A stretch of 64,000 nt of DNA, from assembly GCA_051294375.1 (NCBI GenBank), contig CM119263.1, positions 24,037,657 through 24,101,656 on the forward strand, in the 5' to 3' direction. Below, in pieces: positions 31,284 through 45,270 of the stretch. How positions within the stretch are numbered: position 1 is the first letter of the stretch; the number at the start of each line of letters is the position of its first letter. Both the position numbers and the translations under genes were made by a program. The notes beneath the pieces are model-generated. The model worked only from the letters and a program-made list of their open reading frames with translations, did no database searches and was not told the origin of the DNA. This DNA is from Paraspadella gotoi. Taxonomy: Eukaryota; Animalia; Chaetognatha.

Positions 31284-31884
31284 TTTTTTTTTTTTTACAA
31301 AAAATTTTTTAGATATATAATGGTGGGTTCACTACATGTAAAAAACGATGCCGCGCGAACAGCGGCGCGACGACTCGGGTCCTTTGGTAGAGAAATAGCC
31401 ACGCTTACGTGCGGCGCAAATAAGTACATTGCTGATTCTTTAACCGAGAAGGGGCTGTAGAGCTTCGCTTTCTCTCTCTCTCTTTTAATTATTATATATC
31501 GTCTTTTCTCTTTTTCTCTGCAGCGGCTGTCTCTCCTTCTTTCCTCTCACTATCTCTCTGTCTTCTCTGTCTCTCTGTGTGGGTGTCTGGTCCCTATCTG
31601 TCCGATCTTTTGCGTGATCGTTTCTTGTTTTTTGAAAATCCTGATTAATTTTTTTTTTCCTTCTAAAACTTTTTATTATTGCCATTTATTTCGCGACGCT
31701 TTTTTTTCATACAATCCATATTTTTCATTCCGAGATTTTCCGTTGGATTTATTCTCCTTTCTTTCTTTCTCTCTCTCTCATCTCTCTCTCTTTCTTTCTC
31801 CTTTCCTCTCTCTCTCTTAACTTGATCTGCCTCAGATTCCACCTCTCTTTCACTCATACACGGCATTTGTTTGTTTTATTGACC

Positions 31885-31990
31885 TATCATCGCATCAATG
31901 AATGACAATCCATCGCATCATGAATGACAATCATCGCATCATACTGAATGACTATCCATCACAGCAGTGAATGACTATCATCGCATCAAA
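31885..31990 (+). repeat. ~22-25-bp tandem repeat (ATCATCGCATCAATGAATGACA), ~4-5 copies, inside the HINE
   Basis: CATCGCATCA and TGAATGAC recur in tandem. Confidence 0.8.
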
Positions 31991-32359
31991 TAATTGATTT
32001 ATCATCGAATCAATAAGTCAATTCCTATTATACATTCAATAAATTACTATTACATCAATCAATTAGTATTACTCAATCAATTTAGTACATCACAATTCGT
32101 TATCAGGGGCATGATTCAGTTCGTTTTTTCCCGGTTTTTTCCATGTATAATTTTCTTTAATGGAAAAAAATTTTAGTGGCTCTGGCTCGATCTGAGTCTT
32201 TTAAGATATTTTTATTTTCATGTCTCCTTCTCTCGATCTCTCTCTTCACTCTCATCGATCTTCTCCTCTCACTCTCATCTCTTTCTCTCACTCTCTCTTT
32301 CTCTCTCTCTCTCTCTCGCTCTTTTTATGCAATAAGCGACGAATGCTTGGCTTTTAAGA

Positions 32360-33350
32360 TTTTTTACTTTGCTCATTTTTTCAACTTTCATAATTTTTTC
32401 ACTTGCATTCCGATCAAAACTTTATATCAGCTTTTCCACGTGCGAACACTTCCTAACCGGCGTCACAAAATTTCATCTCCTATCCTGGGTTAAAATAAAT
32501 AAAAAGATTCATATAAATGTGACTCATATTTTTTTTCATTTAAACCTCATTTCCCCTGTACGTTTCACACTGAACTTATATCAAGCTTCGTCATAAGCGT
32601 TTCCTACCACACACAAGCAAATTTTCAACTACAATCTAGTCCATCCAATTATGATTAATTGGAAGTATTTATTGGTTACAATATAGTAAATAAGATTTTA
32701 GTAAATTCGACTTATGGGTTTCCATTAAACTAATTTCCATCACAGATTCCACTTCGAAATTTTATATCCACTTATCACACACTTCCTACCCACCATCTAC
32801 AATGAAAGAATTTATTCATCACCAGCCAATCAGAGTTGATTGGAGCTTTTTAGATAAAGATGGGACGGATGTAGGATTGATTGACTACTTAATGTAATTA
32901 TTGATTATTTATTTACTAATGATTAATTACGTGCTATAATTAATTTGATTTACTTAATACATCCTGCGATGCGACTTAATATAAGAAAAAGAAGCAAGAA
33001 TCAATATAGTAAAACAAGGTTTTTTGTTTTTTTTCCATTTAACTTTTCCCACTCACTATTCCAGTCGAACTGATTTACCCTTTCATCACCGAAGAAACCT
33101 GGTTACAACTTCCTAACCGCGCTATATAGAACAAAATTCAAGGTCAAATCACGAGTGTCGGCGGGCCATCCTCCACTCATGAGCAATTGGGTGTTCAAAA
33201 TAGGTGATATATTTTTTGGTGTTTTTTTTCATTTAACTTCATTCCACTCGGGGACATTCCATCGAAACTTAATATCCACTCAATCACACACTTATATCCC
33301 ATCCATAAGGGAATTATTCATCCATCCATCCAATCACGAGTATGGGTGTT
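32360..33350 (+). repeat. Diverged ~170-200-bp central tandem repeats of the HINE
   Basis: The motifs TTTTCATTTAAC, AACTTTATATC, ACACTTCCTA and TTCATC..CCAATCA recur in the same order about five times. Confidence 0.55.
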
Positions 33351-33658
33351 TTGGCTAAGGTGGGCGGACGGCGGGAGGAGGACGACGGACGACGGACGAC
33401 GACGGACGGACGGACGGACGGACGACGGACAGACAGACGGACGGAGGAATCATTTTTTTTTGCATAATTTATCATAATTGATGTCTGACATGATATAGTT
33501 GTGCGACAATATTGAGGGGGGCGGACGAACGGGACCGAAAAAGTGATTATAAAAGTAGTTATAATCGGGATCTGCTGATAACAGATCCGACTAAAAAAAG
33601 GCCAGTCGCGTTTAGCTCTCTCTCTCTCTCTCTTCTCCTCTCATTCCTTTCTCTCTCT

Positions 33659-33696
<38 letters not shown>

Positions 33697-33700
<4 letters not shown>

Positions 33701-35138
33701 GTTTTTGTTAACGGTCACCACCATGCGGGGGCTTCCTATTTGGAGTCTCGGTCCCGTCCCGTTCCCGATTCCGGGGGGAACGTCCTATTCCACGTCGTCG
33801 TCATCGTCGTCGTCGGTCGTCGTCGTTCTAGTCCTTGCAAAGTCCTTACGAGGACTATAACCTAAGTTGCGTTCACACACGATTCGCCTCGTCGTCGTCC
33901 TCGTCGTCGTCGTCGTCCTCTAGTCGTTCTCGTCCTCATCTCATCGTCGTTCGGCGGGTTCGTCGTCGGCGTCGTCGTCGTCGTCGTCATCGTCGTATTC
34001 TTTCCTCGTTCCTCTTCGTCCTCTTAACCCTCGATCATTTCTCTCTCAGAAGCAAAAAATAAAATAAATTTCTGCTACTGCTTTCTCGTCAGCTTCGTCT
34101 TCTTGAACTTGCTTAGGTTGTCAATTTCTTCGTCTTCGTCGTAGTCCTGGAAACGGAATAAGAGCGTGACAGTTTGACACGGTTTCGTTGACTCCGTCGA
34201 TATTGGAATATTCTATGAAAACGTTTCTTTTTTAAAAATTGTTTTAACTCATGACGATTATCTTATTTTTTCGAAGGACATTCGTTGCCATTTTTTTTCA
34301 TCTTTTTAATGGCGGAAAAAGTCACTTTTTATTCAAACAATTTTGTGTTTTACAAAACCAAAAACAACAATCAGATTAAAAACTATAGCGCGTAATCTCT
34401 TTTTTTTCTCTGATATTAATTCTTAATCGGATTTTCACGGATTTGCAATCAGGATTTCCTCGATTTCAATGGATGCTAACATCAATTTTTCTCTCCTTAC
34501 TCTCTCCCTGTCTTATCTCTATCTCTGTGGCGGATAATTCTCTCTCTCTCTCTTCTCTTCTCTCTCTCTCTCTTCTCTCTCTCTTCTCTCTCTCTCCTTC
34601 TCTCTCCTTCTTTTCCTCTCTTCACTACTTCCTTTATCTCTCTTCTTTCATTATAAAACCGCATGGGCTGCTTTTCGCATCTTTTTTTCTGTCAGATCAT
34701 GTGGTGATTCTTCTTCGGTTTTCGTCATGTGGCCCGTTAGGAGGCAAACGATGATCGACGCCAGCGACGCTGAGGGGCGAATTCCCTCAACAAAACAAAA
34801 GGACCATCACCGAAACACCACGTTTTTGAAAATATATTTACGAATAAAAAAATTTCCTTTTCATTTATTTAGATAATATATAATATTCTAGTCTCTGCGC
34901 TAGTCCGTGGCTATAGATTTAGAGGTTCGGTTCGTATTAAAATACGAAAAAGAAAATGCAGAAAATACCATAATGTAAAGAAGCTTGACGGAAAACACTA
35001 CAGACTACTCGGTGGTTGGAATAATAATAGTAAACGTAAAAGAAATAGTTCAGAGAACAATAAAGGAAAAGTGATGACGGGGACTTACGAGCGTCCAAGG
35101 GTGACCAAAAACCCGTCGAGTAAACTCTCTCCTCTCTA

Positions 35139-35173
<35 letters not shown>

Positions 35174-35883
35174 TCTCGTCTTTCTCTCTCTCTCTTCTTC
35201 TTAATATCTCTCTCTTCTCTCTCTCAGTCTCTCCTCTACTCTCCTCTCTCTCTCTCATCTCTCTCTCTCTTCTCTCTCTCCACTATGCTAACCACTAATA
35301 AGACGAACTGTTGATATAAAATTACTTTTAGAGCTATAGTAAACAAAAATTAATAATACGAAATCGATCTCCTTATCTAAATGCCTGTTGACAAAAAGTT
35401 CTTTACGACTAAAACATAACATCTTCTCGATAAACCCCCATTCATCTCGTTTCGTGCGACGTCATCGTCATTATTTCACACAGCTAACTTAATTAATTGA
35501 TTCAAACACATGTGTATTGTAACTTTAACCGAGCTGAACAATAAGTGTGTTGTGTGTGACTGCGTGACATCCGTGTCCGCAAACAACAACAAAAAAAATA
35601 AAACCACAAATATTAAAAACAAAAAAAAACAACTCGTTTCTTTATTTCATTGTTTTTTATTTCAGCAACGATCATCACCCATCTTTTGCAAAATAAAAGG
35701 AACAAAGACCGAAACCAGTAAAAAAAAAAAGTTAAGCTCCTTTCTCATTCTTCACTTCGTCAAAAACGTGAGCGGCTGACTTTTTGTTCGTTTTTTACTT
35801 TCACGCACACCACTGCTTTTTTTGTTTGTTACATTTTCTCTCTCTATCTTGTTTTACGAAAAACAAAGACAAAGCGAATCTCG
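33697..35883 (+). repeat. ~2.2-kb direct duplication, matching 47253-49469
   Basis: Colinear from CCATG..TTTGTTA..GTCACCACCAT to AAAGACAAAGCGAA.TCTCG, differing by scattered indels; this copy ends at a 25-N gap. Confidence 0.92.
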
Positions 35884-36037
35884 NNNNNNNNNNNNNNNNN
35901 NNNNNNNNTTCCATACGTCAACTCATTGAAAATTCCTTTTTTGTTTAACCGTGGTCTTTTTCTTAATGAAGACCGTGCGAATCATTATATTTTTTTTCTT
36001 TGCTTTTTTTTTNNNNNNNNNNNNNNNNNNNNNNNNN

Positions 36038-36049
36038 ACCATGGGGAGA

Positions 36050-36113
<64 letters not shown>

Positions 36114-39100
36114 AGAGAGAGGAGAGACAATTAACGCGACTCGGGCCTTTTTTTTCCGTCATTAATGAAAATATTTGAAACAAAATTCATTTATCATCGA
36201 AAAGAAGAAAGAGATTGAGATTTTGAATTTTAAAGCAAAAAAAAGTGAAAAAAAAAAAGAAGAAAAACCAAGACATGTGCGGCGACAACAACAACAAACG
36301 AAATTTTTCTCTAATAAGACAATCAAGCTTGGAAAATCTCCGCTGAAAATAAGTCGAGTACTTCACGATTTTCCCCCTCTTTTTGCCTTAGAATTAGCTA
36401 AAGTTGAGACGAATGAGGAAAATTAAATAGTAATTTTCTAGTTATCAATTTTAATTCCTAAAAAAAAAAGCAAGAAAAATATAAAATGATTCGCACGGTT
36501 CTTCAAGAAAAAGACCAACGTTTAAACAAAAAAAGAGAATTTTCAATGAGGTTGACGTATGGAAACACGGATGATAATAATTCTTAATATCAATAATTAA
36601 TAAATTAGTAATTATAACTTACATATTAAATTGCAAATTCATTAACAAAGCTCGAATGATCAATTGAGTGAAGTCACTTTGCGCCATTAAGACTTTGCGC
36701 GCGACTCGATTTATAATTCTAGACGATATATATTTACCAACGGAAACATCGGCCAATCGTTTCCAGTAAAGAAAGAAAAACTCGCGACTTCGTTTATCCA
36801 ATCGAAACTTGAATTCTTCCAATGTCGTTCATTAGTCAAGAAAAAAAAAACCAACCGTTTTTTTTATTTTCTTTTTCACTTCCAATGCAGAAATTAGTTA
36901 TCGGATATGGAAATGTTTATGTAAACGCAATTAACCATTCAACTAAATATAAACGAGAACAGTATCGACGAAGAAACGGTAATAACTATGTTGAACGACT
37001 AACTAACGATTAATAACAACAAATTTAAAATGAAAGACAGAAACCATTTGGTTCAGGTCATCTCCAAGCCTATAGAATTCAAAGGCAGAGAAGAGAAGAA
37101 ATGGGCCAGAGTGAGAGAAATGGATTTTCGGCCAAATGGAAGAGTAGAGTACCTTACCTAAACTGTTTTGTAAATTTTGTTGTCATATTGTTATGGCACC
37201 TTTGAGGGAGACAGAAGTCTCTGAAATAAAATATTATGTTACTTCCAGAAATAATTATTTTTTTTTATATTCATTGGCTGAAAAGAACAAATAATACCTA
37301 CTAAATCTTCTGCCAAATCATGACTCTGAAACAAAAATTAAACAAATAATATCTCCAACCAGTTCCCTTGCTCATTGCTCAATGCGGACGTATTTGGACA
37401 AACCTCTGACCACGCACTAATTCCTGCCCCAATGCCCATATCGTTGTTGTTTACTTTAACCAAATTATAATGTTATTACGCGCAACGCGAAACGTCGAGT
37501 TGCCCACGCCCGACTTCGTTGTATCCCGTTACTGGCCTCCCAACGCGGACAAAAGCTAAAAATCAATTTTTAATGATTACGAAAGCAGAAAATCGTGATG
37601 TATCGGTGGATGCCGACCCGTGACCTTTGACCCTGACCCGAGACGGGCCGAGAGGCGGAGGAGGAAGAGGAAGAGGGAGGAGAGGGTCGAAGATTGACTC
37701 GCTCTGATGCGGTCGGGGCGAAGGGGGTGGATGGGGTGGGGACAGTTGGAGATGGCGTCGGAGGGAGAAGTTGGATTCGGACTCGGTGGAGGGAATTCGA
37801 GGTTGCCTCTCTTTGTTTGTTGTTGTTGTTTAAGACGCGTGTACCTCCCGATATTGGTACAGGTTTAAAACAAAGTTAGGTCAAACGAAGAACATTTTTT
37901 GGATTTGATTCGTTTTTAAGATCATCGGTGAAGACCTTTTTTTTTGATTATTAAACTAACGTAATGAATTGTACTGGTCGTCACTTGTCTTATAGCTTGG
38001 ATAACTTTCACTATTTTAAATTTTTTACTTTGCAACAATAAGTTTATTTCTTCTTTTTTTCTTTCATCTTTCTTTCTTATTAGTTATTTCTTTTCTTTCT
38101 TTCTTTCTTCTCCTTCTCTCCTCCCTGTATATTTCTTTTCTTTCCTTTCTGTCTTTTCTTTCTCTTATTCTTTTCTTTCTTCCTTTTTCTCTTCCTCTTC
38201 TTCTTCCTTTTTCTTCTCTATTTTTTCTGTTTTTTCCTCTTCTTTATATCCGCCACCTTTTGTCTTTCGAAAAAACAAAATCCTTAGCCGCGGCCCAACA
38301 TGATTTGATTGAATCTCGCATCCATAGAATTCGAGTCAATAAACAAATTTCCGAGTTTTGTTTTTTTTTTTTAGAGATCAAATTCGATCATTAGTTAGTT
38401 ATCATCTTATATTCGTTGTTTATATCACAGTGATGTACACGTAGGTTTTTCGTAGTTGAACATGGTAAAAACGAGCCAGTTGGAGATGAAAAATTATAGC
38501 GTAGGAGAAAAAAGTAGTCAAGACGAAGAAGTATCCATAAAAGCACAAAGACAAGTTTTGTTAAAAGCGCAAAGCGCCGAACCGGAAAATGAACTTCTGG
38601 ATCCGGGTCAAGCTGTGGACTCGCGTTACAGCGTCGCCTTTTAATCTTCGTCACTGCGCTATCGAACTCTCCCAAGAGCTTTTTATAATAGACTTTATAC
38701 TATTTTAATCAGACCGATCTTTCGGTTCTATTTCAATCATTTGGTGGTCAAAGTGTAAAAGGGCCGAATCGCTGCAGACGTGCAATTAAAGGCGACTGAT
38801 CATCAGTTTTTTACTTTTCCCTTCAATACGCATGTGCACCTCATCCTTCCAACTCTGAAGAGTGGTGACACTGAACACCACTCCAAACAACTTTTTGGTG
38901 TTAGAATCTTTCTTTTTTGCAGAAGAGTCCAAGGCCGCCTTCGTTCTTTTTTTTGCGTACTGAAAAAATGCGGAGAGAAACGTGACGCAAGTGAATAATT
39001 GGTTTCCTTTTCGGCAGAGAGAGAGAGAGAGAAGAGATGATGAGAGAGAGAAGAGAGAGAGAGAGAGACGAGAGGAGAGAAGGAGAGAGAGAGAGAGGGG

Positions 39101-39805
39101 AGGAAGATGTATAAAGGAAAAAATAAACACAGTAGCTAAAAAACATCCACGTTTGAGGTTAAATACAAAGCGAGTGTAAATCTATACAGGTATACAAAAA
39201 AAGGTCAGACTTGATAAGTCTTGGATACAATGAGCCAGATGAAAGAAATAAGGAACTGATAAGAATAAAATAATAAAAGAAAAAAAAAAGTACAGAAAGT
39301 TAATATAAATGGCTAAATTGGTATAAATTATAAAGATAGAAGATTAGTAGAATTTAAAGAGTAGAGAAAAAGGATAAGACAAAGAAGATAGTAATAATTA
39401 GAAAGAGATCTAACAACATAGAAGACTTGAATTTTATGCCTTAAGCGTAGAAGCGTTGTAAGGCGTTAATATTGTGAAATCGTGCGATAGGTTAGTGGAG
39501 TTGCAAGACTGAATCGGTAGCGATCCATACTTTAGTTATGAAAGTTGTGCAAATGTATGTTATTAGGATAGCTAATGAGCGCAGAATGAAGAAAAATTGA
39601 AAAAGTTCAACGACGAAGAAAAGCTGAGGTTATTGGTATATGCGAAAACGAAACGGGCAAAACACAAAAATAAACAATGATTTAAGTTTAATGTGTCAGA
39701 TCATACATCGAACTGGAATAAAAAAGTCAGATAAATTTATGTCCTCGATGCAAATGGAATAAAATATATACAAGGGGAGAGAGAGAAGAGGAAAAAAAAG
39801 AAAGT

Positions 39806-39866
<61 letters not shown>

Positions 39867-40300
39867 CGAAGAGAGAGAGAGAGAGAGAGAGGCAAGGAAA
39901 ATTTGCATTGACTTGTACGGAGCTACCAACCCAAAAGTGGTAAGAGGCTACCAGATTAAAAAGAAAAAGAAGACTTAAGCGCCTTCCAGAAGTGAAAAGT
40001 TTATTATTCATTAAATAAATTAAGAACATTTTTCTAAAAAATTATAAAAAAAAAGAAGTTATTGGTTAAAACCTATTAAACTCGCAAAAGTATAATAAGA
40101 AACTGGCCCATAAAAAAATCCAAAAGAAAAAAAAGCCACCTAACAGCCTTTGCCCGCTTTCGTTACTAGTCCGGTTGGATCGGGTCTCGGCCATTTTGGC
40201 ATTTTCTGTTGCTTCTCGCCTCCGAGGCGGCCGATGCCGAGGAGAAAACAAAATTCCCTGCCTCTCACTTATCCTGCTCTCTCTCTCTCATCTCTCTCTG

Positions 40301-40335
<35 letters not shown>

Positions 40336-41722
40336 CGGTTATCCTTCTTCTCTCGTCTCTCCCTCTCTCTCTCTCAACAACCACCACACACACACATCTC
40401 TCAGACCGACACTATACACACTTCGCTCTCTATCTCTCATTCTTTTTTCTGCGGTCATTTGGGATACTCGGAAAAGAGAAGAGAGTAAAAAAAAGGAAAA
40501 AAAAAAAGAAAAAAAGTCCAAAATAAGTAAGAAAGGCCAAAAAATTACAGAAGGAATGAAAGAAAAGAAAGAAAGAAAATAAAAGGATACCGTGAAGTAA
40601 AGGGACGAAATTGCGGGCGAGGAAGTTTTTTTTTGCGGGAAGAGAGCTTGGCTTCAAAAGCTCGACGGCAAGTGGCGGGAGGAGGATGAAGGAAGAGAGG
40701 AAGAGGGAAGGGAGTGGGAGGGTCGTGGAGGAGATGGGAAGAGGGGGGGAGGTGGGGGAGTGGTGAGGGTGTTAAAGACTGGAATCAAGAAGATCAGGGA
40801 CTCGACATGACTCTGATTCTGCAAAAACGAAGAAAAAAATGCCGTTGGAGAAAGAGAGGCGGGCGAGCTCTAAAAGATGCCGGCAGTTGGCATGCAGAAT
40901 GGGATTGGAGAAAATAGGTCAGAGACGGGGATCGGTCATTCGGGAATCGGGAAATTGGTCAGTGGTCATTCGGGGTAACCGTTACTTTGATGACGGAGAG
41001 AAGGAACATACCCAGGGTCGATGGCGTTCGAGCTAGGAGGGCAAAAGCGATATGAGGAGGGCGCGAGGAGTCAGGGTAGATAGGTCAACAAAAACAGCAA
41101 GACAGAGAGAGAGAGAGAGGAGAAGGAGAGAGAGAGAGAGAGTGAGGATTGAGGAGAGATATCTGATATATATAAGTATATAGTATATATAGAATACATA
41201 TACGAGAGAGAGAAAGATAGATGAGAGAGAGTAAGATATAGAGAAGAAATTGAAAAATTAATTACTAGATAGTATATTCAATATATGAAATGGTACAACT
41301 AATTAAAAGAGTATTCATTTAATTAAATAAGACTATCTCCCCTTGGACTTTGGACAGGCTTTGATGGTTAAGGCTTTACATCACTCTTACATAGATTCAT
41401 GACATTTAAAATGTAAATTTAAATTCAATAAAGACAGGTGTTATTTAATATGCATCGCTAAGAACCTGGGGCCAACAACTTTTTGTTTAAATTTTTTCCC
41501 TAATACAATCATCATGTTCTTTTTCTAATCAATAACTCCAAATTTTTAGAATTTATTCTATGCGATATACATTTACACACTATTTTAAACAAGACAATTT
41601 TTTTTCTAAAAGTAATTGTTTCGTCTTTGAGTTTTCCCATTGTTGTCTGTTTTTGTTCTTGTTTTCGCTGACATTCACTATTTTTAGCATCAGCGCTCAC
41701 TGACATTGAAGTAAAATAGAAA

Positions 41723-41767
<45 letters not shown>

Positions 41768-43494
41768 CAGTAGAGAGAGCGGGAGGAGAGAGAGAGAGAG
41801 AAGAAAGAGAGAAAGAGTTAGAGACGCAAACAAAATTGAGAAAAAAGAAGAGAAAAAGCTCGTGATAAATTGAGGTGGGAAATACAGGAAATAAGTGAGG
41901 AATAAATAAGAGGTGAACGAAGGAGAGAGAGAAGGGACAGGGGTGGAGAAGAGGCGCGACAAATAGTGAAATACGCACCATCTATTATATTGAGTATATT
42001 CTTGATTGAATAAAGAAATGATATCTGAGGAAACTATAAGAGGAGATAAAAAAGAAAAAATAGGAAAGAAAGGAAGATAGATAAGAAAGAAGGAAGAATA
42101 AATGAAAGAAGAGAAAAGAGAAGACAGAAAGAGAGAAAAAAAGAAACAAGAAAGTATAAGAATAAAGACAACTGAAGAAGGTCTGAAATTTAAGACCGAA
42201 ACATGTATGCGGATTTTCATTAAAAATTCGTTGTCAAAACAAAAAAACTTTTCTTATTCTATCAAATTTGAAACCAACCGAAAAGAAAGGGAAATATACT
42301 TAGATAAAGAAAAAAAAGGATACTAATTAGTTGCAACACTCGGTTATTTTTCTTGCATTGTAACAATTTTACAAAAGCGCTTTGAGAAATACCTAGAGAG
42401 TGAAACAGCGTGAAAAAAAAAAGAAGATTGCCTATGTCGATTGTAGGAATGAAGCTACGTAAAGCCAAAATAAGATATAGTATTGAAAGAAATGGGAGAA
42501 CAAAAAAAAAAGAGTAAAAAAAAGAAAAGATAGAGAATATAAAGAAAAAAGAAGACGTACGTAAAGAAAATAGAATCGTATTACAATAAAAAAAAGAGGA
42601 GAATAGAAAAAGAATATGAAGAGATGAGAAACGAGCGGTGAAAGAGAAGATTAAGAAAAAAACCGCGACACAGAAGCGATGATGGTGATGAAGTGGTTTT
42701 TTCCTCTCTTTTTTCTTTTTTTCTTTCCTCCCTTCCTCCCCGCCTTTTCTTTTCCTCCACTCTCAATTCTCCCTCCCTCCCAGCGGAAGACGCAATTTCT
42801 TTGTTTCCTTTATGTTTTTGTTTCCTCCTAAGATGTTGTTGAAGCGACCACAAGCGCCTATGGTCGAGATCGGCCGGGAAAAGAAGAAGGAGACTGAAAA
42901 GGAAAAAAAAAAAAAAAAAAGGAACATAATTCTGAATAGGAGAACGAAAATAATGCACGAGTCGAGTTCCCATGAATCAAATTATAACCAAAAAAAAAAA
43001 AGGAGAAAAACGCGAGATCCGAAACGGAAAACAACAAATCACACATCGCATAAAAAATAGAATAGAAGATTGTCATAAAGCTTAGTAAACATATTCTATT
43101 ATTACGAAAGAATTAGAAGATAGACGCACACTGACCTGATTTCTAAGAAAAAACCTCCAGGTTAACGCCCTGCTCCTTCCTCTCGCTGCCTAATCTCATA
43201 ACACTGGCCTCGATTTTGTAAAAAAACCTCCAGGTAACGCCCTGCTTCCTTCCTCTCCCTGCCTATCTCATACACACGCCCTGTTTTTCTAAAAAAAACC
43301 TCCATGGTTATTACGCCCTAGCTCTTTCCTATCTCCCTGCCTATCTCATCACAACTGCCTGGATTTTTTCTTAAAAAGAACTCCAGGTTAACGCCCTGCT
43401 CCTTCCTCTCCTGCCTATCTCATACACACTTGCCTGATTTTTTTCTAAAAAAAACTCCAGGTTTAACGCCCTGCTCCTTCCTCTCCCTGCCTAT
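36038..43494 (-). repeat. ~7.4-kb inverted, indel-rich copy of ~23400-30657 joined to 33593-33702 (lacks the HINE)
   Basis: Reverse-complement anchors throughout: 38931 AAGGCCGCCT / 27935 AGGCGGCCTT; 36340 CCGCTGAAA / 30450 TTTCAGCGG; 36156 CCGTCATTAATGAAA / 30641 TTTCATTAATGACGG. Confidence 0.9.
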
Positions 43495-43856
43495 AGTAGG
43501 ACAGGGAGAGGAAGGAGCAGGGCGTTACCTGGAGGGTTTTTTAGAAAAATCAGGCTAAGTGTGTAATGAAGATAGGCTGGGAGTAGGAAGGAGCAGGGCG
43601 TTAACCTGAGTTTTTTAAGAAATCAGGCATTGGTGTATGAGATAGGCAGGGAGAGGTAAGGAGCAGGGCGTACCTGGAGGTTTTTTTAGAATCAGGCTAG
43701 TGTTGATGAGATAGGCAGGGAGAAGGAAAGTGAGCAGGGCGTTGAACGCTGGAGAGGATTTTTTACAAATCGGCAGTGTGTATGAGTAGGCAGGGAGAGG
43801 AAGGAGCAGGGCTTAAACCTTGGAGGTTTTTTTCTTAGAAAATCAGGCAGTGTGCG
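43125..43856. repeat. ~71-bp minisatellite in two opposed blocks of ~5 units each, containing the fold-back centre
   Basis: Unit approx. GCGTTAACCTGGAGGTTTTTTTAGAAAATCAGGCAGTGTGTATGAGATAGGCAGGGAGAGGAAGGAGCAGG; orientation flips at CCTAT|AGTAGG (43494/43495). Confidence 0.9.
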
Positions 43857-45215
43857 TCCATCTTTTCTAATTCTCGTTAATAAATAGAATATGTTCTACT
43901 AAGCTTTATGACATCTCTAATTCTATTTTTTATGCGTGGTGTGATTTGTTGTTTTCCGTTTCGGATCTCGCGTTTTCTCCTTTTTTTTTTTTTTGGTTAT
44001 AAGTTGAGTTCATGGGAAACGTCGACTCGTGATCATTATTTCGAGTTCTCCTATTCAGAATTATGTTCCTTTTTTTTTTTTGGTGTTTTTTTCTTTTCGT
44101 CTCCACTTCTTCCTTTTCGCCGCGATCGAGCCATAGGCGCTGTGGTCGCTATCACAACATCTTAGGAGGAAACAAAAACTAAAAGAAAACAAAGAAAATT
44201 GCCTCCCGCTGGGAGGGGAGAGGAGAAGTGAGATGGAGGAAAGAAAAGGCGGGGGAGGAAGGAAGGAAAGAAAAAAAGAAAAGAGAGAAAAACACTTCAT
44301 CAACCTCATTCGCACTTGTTGCCGGGTTAAATCTTCTCTTCACGCTCGTTTCTCTCGTCTTCATTATTCTGTTTCTATCTCCTCTTTTTTTTTATGTAAA
44401 TACCATTCTATTTCTTTTACGTATCGTCTTTTTCTTTTTCTTAATATCTCTATCTTTCCTTTTTATTACTCTTTATTTTTGTTCTCCATTTTCTTTTCAA
44501 TTACTATATCTTATTATTTATGCTCTACGAGCTTATCATTCCTACAATTCGACATAGCAATCTTACTTTTTTTTCAGCGCTGTTTCATCTCTAGGTAATT
44601 TCTTCAAAGCGCTTTGTAAAAATGTACAATGCAAGAAAATAACCGAGTGTTTGTAACTAATTTAGTAATCCCTTTTTTTTCTTTATCTAAGATATATTTG
44701 TACTTTCTTTTTCGTTGGTTTCAGGTGAAATTTGAGAATAAAGAAAAGTTTTTTTGTTTGAACAACGAAATTTTTTAATAGAAAAAATCCCATACATGTT
44801 CGGTCTTAATTTCGACTTCTTCAGTGTCTTTATCTATCTCTTGATTTCTTTTTTCTCCTCTTCTGTCTTCGTTTCTCTTCTTTCATTTTTTCTCCCTCTT
44901 TCATTTTTTTTTTCTTTCTTCCTTCTTTCCCTTTATTTTTCTTTTTTTATCTTCTCTTTAGTTTCCTCAGTATTATTTCTTTATTCAAAGCAAGAAATAT
45001 ACTAAATATAATAGATGGCGATTTATACATATTTGTCGGCGCCTCTTCTCCACCCCTGCTCCTTCCTCTCTTCTCTCTTCGTTCACGCTGTTATTTATGT
45101 CTCACTTATGTTCCTGTTTTTCCCCTCATTTATCACCGAGCCTTTTTCTCTTCTTTTTTTCTCAATTTTGTTGGTCTCTAACTCTTTCTCTCTTTTCTCT
45201 CTATCTCTCTCGTCT

Positions 45216-45270
<55 letters not shown>

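Larger units (their letters stand above)
30658..33592 (-). mobile_element. ~2.9-kb non-autonomous Helentron-like element (HINE/DINE-type) with internal tandem repeats
   Basis: Minus-strand 5' end TTTTTTTAGTCGGATCTG-TTATCAG-CAGATCCCGAT forms a hairpin, followed by ATAATCACTTTTTCGG and a (GTCC)n tract at 33365-33445. A 3' subterminal GATCCGA lies at ~30678-30684 and the end reads ...CAAACTGTT. The boundaries are fixed by the empty site GGCC-T8-CCGTCATTAATGAAA at 36144-36170. Confidence 0.75.

Noticed and set aside
40365-40400. CTCTCTCAACAACC resembling the start of a SMRTbell adapter
   Set aside because: It is the noisy mirror image of the genomic (GT)n(GA)n junction at ~46530-46560 and is not at the fold-back centre.
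43125-43856. Regular 71-bp repeats (and the 41-bp repeats at 1823-1935) as a CRISPR-like array
   Set aside because: Units are head-to-tail with no unique spacers, there are no cas genes, and the context is eukaryotic.
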